From Gaiellaceae bacterium (lineage in GTDB: Bacteria; Actinomycetota; Thermoleophilia; Gaiellales; Gaiellaceae), in NCBI GenBank assembly GCA_035310545.1, contig DATGEB010000037.1, positions 5,370 through 69,369 of the forward strand: a stretch of 64,000 nucleotides of DNA. Reading direction: 5' to 3'. Under the pieces are notes generated by a model. That model made no database searches. It worked only from the letters and a program-made list of their open reading frames with translations, and had not been told where the DNA came from. The translations under genes and the position numbers were made by a program. Shown here one piece after another: positions 58,560 through 64,000 of this stretch (the first letter of the stretch is position 1; every line of letters begins with the position of its first letter).

Positions 58560-59171
58560 ATGGCAGCCGCTGGTACGGTTGATTGCATGGAGGCGGAGCC
58601 GGAGGAAGCGCAGCGGCTCGCAACCGAAGCCCGCGACCGAGTTCGGTTCGAGGAGGACGCGCTTGCGCTCTCCGACCAGGTCTATCGCGTCGCACGACAC
58701 CTCGCCAACTCGCGCGAGGAGGCCGACGACCTCGTGCAGGAGACGTACGCGCGGGCGTTCCGCAGCTGGCGCTCGTTCCAGCCCGGCACGAACATGCGCG
58801 CCTGGCTGCTCCGCATCCTCACCAACCTCAACATCGACCGCGGGCGACGGCAGCAGCGGGCTCCGCAGATGCAGCCGCTCGAAGCGAACGACTACTACCT
58901 CTACGACCGGCTCTCGGAGGACGGCGACGGCGTCACCGACGAGGAGCGAGTCGTGGAGCGACTCTCGCAGGACGACATCGTGACGGCGCTCTCCGCGGTG
59001 CCGCACGACTTTCGCGACGTGCTCGTGCTCGTCGATCTCGGCGACTTCAGCTACGCGGACGCGGCCCAGATCCTCGACATCCCGGTGGGCACGGTGATGT
59101 CGAGATTGCACCGGGGGCGCCGCATCCTCAAGCGCGAGCTTGCCGAGGCGGCTCTGGAGGAGGCGACATGA
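58560..59171 (+). CDS. ECF RNA polymerase sigma factor, SigR/SigH type
   Basis: 203 aa with region 2 (EADDLVQETYARAF...MRAWLLRILTN) and region 4 (SYADAAQILDIPVGTVMSRLHRGR). ATG 58587 is an alternative start. Confidence 0.9.
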   Translation: MAAAGTVDCMEAEPEEAQRLATEARDRVRFEEDALALSDQVYRVARHLANSREEADDLVQETYARAFRSWRSFQPGTNMRAWLLRILTNLNIDRGRRQQRAPQMQPLEANDYYLYDRLSEDGDGVTDEERVVERLSQDDIVTALSAVPHDFRDVLVLVDLGDFSYADAAQILDIPVGTVMSRLHRGRRILKRELAEAALEEAT

Positions 59172-59398
59172 ACGACCCGTGCGCGCACTGCGAGGAGATG
59201 ATGCAGCCGTACCTCGACCACGTCCTCACCGACGAGGAGATGGCCGCGGCGGAGGCACATCTCGCCGAGTGCGAAAAGTGTCGTAGGCGCTACCGCTTCG
59301 AGGAGAGCTTGCGCATCTACGTTCGCAAGGCGGCGGACGAGCAGATGCCGGTTGAGCTCCGGCAGAAGCTCGCAGCGCTCAGGATCCCGCTCGAGTAG
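59168..59398 (+). CDS. ZAS-family anti-sigma factor (RsrA/RshA-like)
   Basis: ATG 59168 overlaps the sigma gene stop (ATGA). 76 aa with CAHCEE... and HLAECEKC (HxxxCxxC). Confidence 0.85.
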   Translation: MNDPCAHCEEMMQPYLDHVLTDEEMAAAEAHLAECEKCRRRYRFEESLRIYVRKAADEQMPVELRQKLAALRIPLE

Positions 59399-59882
59399 CG
59401 ACGTCGACGTCGCCGGGCGGTCTCAGGTCGTCGCAGGCGACGAGCCTCGCGGGCAGCGACTTCGCGCCCTCGTCGGGGACGTCGGCCCAGATCGTGCGCG
59501 CGAGCAGGACGGGGTGGAGGCGGACGGCGTCGTAGGTCGCGGCGACCGCGTCACCGCCGTTCGCGCGCCAGTCCTCGATCACGCGGTCGACCGCGCGCGG
59601 GTCGAGGCCGGGGCCGTCGGCGAGGACGACGACGGCGGCCTCGGCGTCACTCGGAAGCGCCGCGAGGCCGCAGCGAAGGGACGCGCCGGGTCCGCGCTCC
59701 CAGTCGTGGCACGGGACGCTCCGCACCGGCAGCGCATGCGCCCCACGCACGACGACGACCCCGTCGACGGAGCTCTGCTCCAGTGCAGCGAGCACCTTCG
59801 GCAGTAGCACAACCTGCTTGGGCGGATCGGCGCCGTAGCGCGACGAGGCGCCTGCCGCGAGGACGATGGCAAGAACGGACAC
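59379..59882 (-). CDS. mocA: MobA-like NTP transferase, probable molybdenum cofactor cytidylyltransferase
   Basis: 167 aa with IVLAAGASSRYG. It is the last gene of the XDH-family operon. Confidence 0.75.
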   Translation of the reverse strand: MSVLAIVLAAGASSRYGADPPKQVVLLPKVLAALEQSSVDGVVVVRGAHALPVRSVPCHDWERGPGASLRCGLAALPSDAEAAVVVLADGPGLDPRAVDRVIEDWRANGGDAVAATYDAVRLHPVLLARTIWADVPDEGAKSLPARLVACDDLRPPGDVDVATRAGS

Positions 59883-59884
59883 GT

Positions 59885-60005
59885 CCGGAACCTGGTACCG
59901 GACATGTCCGGCGGAAGCAAGTCCGCTCCGCGATTCTCCTACAGAGGGACTTCAATGTCCTCCGCTGCTACGTCGGACGAAGACACGGCCGGTACCAGGT
60001 TCCGG
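59885..60005. repeat. 17-bp perfect inverted repeat CCGGAACCTGGTACCGG / CCGGTACCAGGTTCCGG with an 87-nt spacer
   Basis: Arms at 59885-59901 and 59989-60005, with partial extension to about 27 nt. The repeat sits in the 180-nt gap between the FAD-subunit gene and mocA. The proximal arm ends 2 nt from the mocA GTG. Confidence 0.85.
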
Positions 60006-60062
60006 CCGTGTTCGAACCGGACGACGCTGCGGGTCTCGGCTCGGCCTGCTGCCGGTACAGGC

Positions 60063-60899
60063 TCAGCCGAGAGCGGACAGCGCGCGGCGCACGAGCGCGC
60101 GGGCGAGCGGGACCTTCCACTCCGCCCGCGGGAGCGGCGTTGCCCTGTCGAGCTCGTCCACGCTCTCGAGTCGCCACGGGATCGGCGCGACGCCGGCCAG
60201 CGCGATCCGGGTTTCGCCGCCGACCCTCGCGGCCGCGACGCCGACCTGCGGGAACGACCACCGCCTGCGGTCCATCGCCTTGAGGTACGCGCTCGCCTCG
60301 ACCGGCGGCAGCGCGGCCTCGAGGATCAGCTCGCCGTCCTCGAGTGTCGTCGTGCGCCGGTCGGCCCCGTCCGGGAGCCGGTAGAGCTCCTCGAGCGGAA
60401 GCTCGCGGCGGTTCGTCCGCAGCGTGGCGCCGAGCGCGACGAGCGCGGCTGCGACGTCGGACGGATGCGCCGAGGCGCAGAAGTCGTTGGCGAAGATCGC
60501 GTGCTCGCGGTGCTCGCCGTCCCGTGCGTGGCAGCGGTCGCCGCCGTGGAGCCGGCACGGGTAGTCGAGCCGCCAGTACCAGCAGCGCGTCGCCTGGAGG
60601 AGGTTGCCGCCGAGAGAGCCCATGTTCCGGAGCTGGGGCGACGCTGCGAGCCGGCATGCCTCGCGCAGCGCCTCGGGAATCGAGGAATCCGCCTCGAGCT
60701 CCGCGAGCGTCGTCCCCGCGCCGATCACGCCGTTGCGAACGCCGCGCGGCACGACGCCGCGCACGTCGACGAGCTGTTCCGCAACCAGCAACCCCTCGCG
60801 CAGTAGCGGTACCACCTCGGTTCCGCCATGGACGAAAACCCCGCCGTCGAGCTCTTCGAGGCTAGACGGCCGCAGGAGCTCCACGCCGGCCCTTCGCAT
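60063..60899 (-). CDS. xanthine dehydrogenase family FAD-binding subunit (CoxM/XdhB-like)
   Basis: GGTEVVPLLREGL...SLGGNLLQATRCWY... The start is ATG 60899 or GTG 60884; either overlaps the end of the large-subunit gene. Confidence 0.85.
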   Translation of the reverse strand: MRRAGVELLRPSSLEELDGGVFVHGGTEVVPLLREGLLVAEQLVDVRGVVPRGVRNGVIGAGTTLAELEADSSIPEALREACRLAASPQLRNMGSLGGNLLQATRCWYWRLDYPCRLHGGDRCHARDGEHREHAIFANDFCASAHPSDVAAALVALGATLRTNRRELPLEELYRLPDGADRRTTTLEDGELILEAALPPVEASAYLKAMDRRRWSFPQVGVAAARVGGETRIALAGVAPIPWRLESVDELDRATPLPRAEWKVPLARALVRRALSALG

Positions 60900-63063
60900 T
60901 CGCGGCCTCGAGCGCGCGGAGCATCTCCTCCCGGGAGATCGGCAACTCGTGCACCTCTGCGCCCGTCGCATCGCGGATCGCGTTCGCGATCGCGGCGGCG
61001 ATGGGCACGATCGGCGGCTCGCCGAGACCCTTCGAGCCGAGATTCGTCAGGTGCTCGTCGGGCTTGTCGACGAACTCGCACACGATCTCCGGCACGTCGG
61101 CAATCGTCGGCATGCGGTAGGCGTCGAGCGAGGTCGTGAGGACGCGGCCCGTCTCGGGATCGAGCAGCCGGTTCTCGGAGAACGTGTGGCCGATGCCCTG
61201 GATGACTCCGCCCTCGACCTGGCTCGACGCGCCGAGCGGGTTGATGATCCTGCCGACGTCGTGGATCGCCGCGACGCGCTCGACCCGAACCTCTCCTGTC
61301 TCGACGTCGACAGCGACCTCGACGACGTGGACGCCGAACGTGAGGACGCTCATGCCCGTCGGATTGGGTCCGCGCGCGCCCCTGCCGAGGATCTGCGCCT
61401 CCTCGAGCAGGCCGACGACCTCGGCGACAGGCGTGTCCCGCGGCAGGCCGCGCTGCTCGGCGATGTCCTCGATCTGCTCTCGCGCGTCGGCCGCCGCCGC
61501 ACGCACCGCCGGCCCCATCGACGGCGTCGTCGACGAGCCCGCCGAGATCGAGGCGTACGGCCCGCGGGCCGAATCCCCGAGCACGACGTCGACACTCTCG
61601 AGCGGGATGCGGAGCTCCTCCGCTGCGATCTGCGCCATCGCCGTGCGGGTGCCGGTGCCGATGTCCTGCATCGCGGTGACGACGGTCGCGCGACCGTCCG
61701 AGCCGAGCCGGATCCAGGCGTAGGACGGCGGCCCGCCGCCGCCGTACCAGATCTGGCTCGCCATGCCGACGCCGCGCTTCCAGACCGTGCCGGACCGCGC
61801 TCGCACCTCGTGACGCCGCTCCCAGTGCGGCTCGGCGAGGCGATAGCACTTCTCGAGGTTCTTCGACGAGTACGGCGTGCCCTCGTTCGACTCCGCGTAG
61901 TTCGACCGCCGCAGCTCGAGCGGGTCGATCTCGAGTCGCGCGGCCAGGTCCTCGATCAGGCACTCGAGCCCGAACGTCCCTTCGGCGAAGCCCGGCGCGC
62001 GGAACGCCTTCATCGGCGGCGTGTTGAGCTGCGCTGCATGGGTGACCGTGCGGACGTTCTCGCACGCGTAGAGCGCGCGCATCGGGCCCTCCGTGGGAGA
62101 GCTCCAGCCCGACCACCCGACGGAGTTGATGAACTCGCCCTCGAGCGCGACGATCGTCCCGTCGCTGCGCGCGGCGGCGCGGAGTCGCTGGATCGTGGAG
62201 TTGCGGTTGCCGGCGGACGTGTGCTCCTCGCGGCGCGTGAGCGCGCAGCGCACCGGGCATCCAGTCCGCTTCGCGAGCTCGGCTGCGACGAACGTGTACT
62301 CGTCGGGCCCGTTCTTCGCTCCGAAGCCGCCGCCCATGAACTCGCAGATCACGCGGACCTTGTCCTCGGGCAGGCCGAGCGTCTCCGCGACTTCCTGTCG
62401 GATGCCCCAGATGTACTGTGTCGAGATGTAGACGTGGAGCGCGTCGCCCTGCCACTCGCAGATCGCCTGGTGGGTCTCGAGCGAGTTGTGGAGGACGGTC
62501 TGCGTGCGGTACGTCCCCTCGACGACCACGTCGGCCTCGGCGAACGCCCGGTCGACGTCGCCACGCTCGGAGCGGCGCGCCTCGCCGGTGAGATGGCCGC
62601 GCCGGATGGCCTCCTCCGGATCGAGCACGACCTCGAGCTCGCCCCATTCGACGTCGATCGCCTCAACCGCGGCTCGCGCCTGCGCGAAGGTGTCGGCCGC
62701 GACGGCGGCGACGGGCGCGCCAGCCCACCCCGCTTCCTCCTCCAGCCCGTGCGCCTCGCCCGGGCCGAGCGCTGCCCGCACGCCCGGCACCGCCAGCGCC
62801 GGCGCGAGGTCGATCCGCCGCACCTTCGCGTGGGCGTGCGGTGAGCGGAGCACCGCGGCGTGCAGCATCCCCGGCAGCTTGATGTCGGCCGTGTAGCGCG
62901 CCTCGCCGCGAACGCGGAGCGGGCCGTCCTGGCGCGGCGCGGGCCGGCCGACGACCGAGCGGGCCCCTTCCGGCCACTGCTCGAGTGGATCCTCCTCGAC
63001 GACGATCCACACCTCCTCGAAGCGTCCCTCGACCTCCTTCTCGGTGCGGATCAGCCTTGCCAA
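60862..63063 (-). CDS. xanthine dehydrogenase family molybdopterin-binding large subunit
   Basis: Starts at TTG 63063, 733 aa, with VVGRPAPRQDGPLRVRGEARYTADI...GGGFGAK... I saw no CODH-type AYRCSFR or AYRGAGR loop, so the substrate is unknown. Confidence 0.9.
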   Translation of the reverse strand: MARLIRTEKEVEGRFEEVWIVVEEDPLEQWPEGARSVVGRPAPRQDGPLRVRGEARYTADIKLPGMLHAAVLRSPHAHAKVRRIDLAPALAVPGVRAALGPGEAHGLEEEAGWAGAPVAAVAADTFAQARAAVEAIDVEWGELEVVLDPEEAIRRGHLTGEARRSERGDVDRAFAEADVVVEGTYRTQTVLHNSLETHQAICEWQGDALHVYISTQYIWGIRQEVAETLGLPEDKVRVICEFMGGGFGAKNGPDEYTFVAAELAKRTGCPVRCALTRREEHTSAGNRNSTIQRLRAAARSDGTIVALEGEFINSVGWSGWSSPTEGPMRALYACENVRTVTHAAQLNTPPMKAFRAPGFAEGTFGLECLIEDLAARLEIDPLELRRSNYAESNEGTPYSSKNLEKCYRLAEPHWERRHEVRARSGTVWKRGVGMASQIWYGGGGPPSYAWIRLGSDGRATVVTAMQDIGTGTRTAMAQIAAEELRIPLESVDVVLGDSARGPYASISAGSSTTPSMGPAVRAAAADAREQIEDIAEQRGLPRDTPVAEVVGLLEEAQILGRGARGPNPTGMSVLTFGVHVVEVAVDVETGEVRVERVAAIHDVGRIINPLGASSQVEGGVIQGIGHTFSENRLLDPETGRVLTTSLDAYRMPTIADVPEIVCEFVDKPDEHLTNLGSKGLGEPPIVPIAAAIANAIRDATGAEVHELPISREEMLRALEAANAKGRRGAPAAV

Positions 63064-63491
63064 CTGAGAATCGCCTCCTCGATCTTCGGGTACGTGCCGC
63101 AGCGGCAGATGTTCCCGGCCATCGCGTGACGGATCTCGTCGCGGGTCGGCTCGGGGTTCGCGGCCACGAGCGCCGCGGCCGAGACGACCTGGCCCGGAGT
63201 GCAGAAGCCGCACTGGACGGCATCCGCGCGAACGAACGCCTCGACGAGCGGGTGCTCGCGGAGCCCTTCGATCGTCGTCACCTCTCCCTCGACCGTGTGT
63301 GCGAGCGTGATGCACGAGAGCTGCGGCTCGCCGTCTACCTGCACGGTGCAGGCGCCGCAGTGCCCCTCGTTGCAGGCGATCTTCGTCCCGGTCAGGCCGA
63401 GCTCCTCGCGCAGGACGTGAGCGAGGCTCGTCCCCACGGGAGCATCGAGGACGTGCTCGCCGCCGTTCACCGTGAGGCGCAGCTCGCTCAT
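63051..63491 (-). CDS. xanthine dehydrogenase family [2Fe-2S] small subunit (CoxS-like)
   Basis: 146 aa with CNEGHCGACTV and CGFCTPG...CRCGTY. Confidence 0.9.
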   Translation of the reverse strand: MSELRLTVNGGEHVLDAPVGTSLAHVLREELGLTGTKIACNEGHCGACTVQVDGEPQLSCITLAHTVEGEVTTIEGLREHPLVEAFVRADAVQCGFCTPGQVVSAAALVAANPEPTRDEIRHAMAGNICRCGTYPKIEEAILSWQG

Positions 63492-64000
63492 CCCGAGGTC
63501 ACTGCCACCGTGTCGGCAATCTGAATCAAGCGGACCGCCGTGCGCGCGACGAGGCGTCGCTCGTCGTCGTCCTCCTGCTCGGGCAGCGTCCGCCAGAGGT
63601 CGCGCGCCGCCTCGAGCAACTCGCGGATCCGATCCAGCTCGTCGCCGTGCGAGCCGTTCGGCTCCTCGGTGGCGTTGAGCGCCAGCCCGAGCGCGCCGAA
63701 CGCGTCCGGCTGCCGGATGAAGAGGAGCGGCATCGCCATCGAGAGGTACTGGTGGATGCGCGCTTGCGCGAGCGGCTGCTCCAGAACATGCGGGCCGACC
63801 GGTCGCGACGGTTCGAGCGGCTCGTCGCCCGCCGCGATCCGGGCCGCGTTGCCTGCGAACATCGCGCGCAGCTGGGTCTCGTCGAAGCCGGAGACGCGGG
63901 CGACGCGCATGGCCATCAGCAATGACCCGGGCCAGCTGCCGTACGGGTAGTCAGACGCGTAGACGACCTGTTCCGGCGGGACGAGCCGCAGGAGGCCGAG
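63488..64000 (-). CDS. amidohydrolase-2-like metal-dependent hydrolase (5' end lies outside the window)
   Basis: The frame is open to the window edge: LGLLRLVPPEQVVYASDYPYGSWPGSLLMAMRVARVSGFDETQLRAMFAGNAARI... 4-nt overlap with the small-subunit gene. Confidence 0.65.
   Translation of the reverse strand, partial: LGLLRLVPPEQVVYASDYPYGSWPGSLLMAMRVARVSGFDETQLRAMFAGNAARIAAGDEPLEPSRPVGPHVLEQPLAQARIHQYLSMAMPLLFIRQPDAFGALGLALNATEEPNGSHGDELDRIRELLEAARDLWRTLPEQEDDDERRLVARTAVRLIQIADTVAVTSG

Overview
Very GC-rich, densely coding chromosomal segment (third codon positions almost all G/C), consistent with a Thermoleophilia or Rubrobacteria-like actinobacterium. I support about 70 CDS. Neighbouring genes are very often joined by 4-nt GTGA or ATGA stop/start overlaps. 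Many long ORFs in the six-frame track are antisense or off-frame shadows, or carry false Arg/Ala/Pro-rich N-terminal extensions, so I trimmed starts accordingly. Main blocks: (1) apbE and ferric-reductase-like operon, then sufS-sufU-Rieske; (2) assorted redox and regulator genes (MarR, YceI, FMN reductase, cupin, ADH, dcd, gabT); (3) the actinobacterial cell-wall signalling cluster fhaA-fhaB-pstP-rodA-pbpA-pknB followed by ddl, plus two extra Ser/Thr kinases; (4) PadR/HAAS pair, SIMPL protein, ABC-2 exporter, PhzF; (5) a TPP riboswitch controlling an NCS1 permease and a PfkB kinase; (6) ArsR-AHSA1, ctaG, and one operon ctaC-ctaD-ctaE-orf-qcrC-qcrA-qcrB; (7) aconitase; (8) a formate dehydrogenase operon whose alpha subunit has an in-frame UGA with a SECIS hairpin, so the track splits it into two ORFs; (9) a divergent Mrp-like cation/proton antiporter cluster in E-F-G-B'-B-C-D order; (10) GCS2 ligase, HMA-like protein, and a SigR/SigH-type ECF sigma factor with ZAS anti-sigma and a GGAAT-N18-GTT promoter; (11) a xanthine-dehydrogenase-family S/L/M operon with mocA and an amidohydrolase. 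I found no rRNA, tRNA, CRISPR array, transposase or obvious defence island. The items most worth a second look are the unclassified structured intergenic element at 6300-6568, the riboswitch-linked PfkB kinase, the Mbh-type Mrp cluster next to the selenoprotein FDH, a 17-bp perfect inverted repeat in front of mocA, and two apparent CTG starts inside CTGA overlaps.
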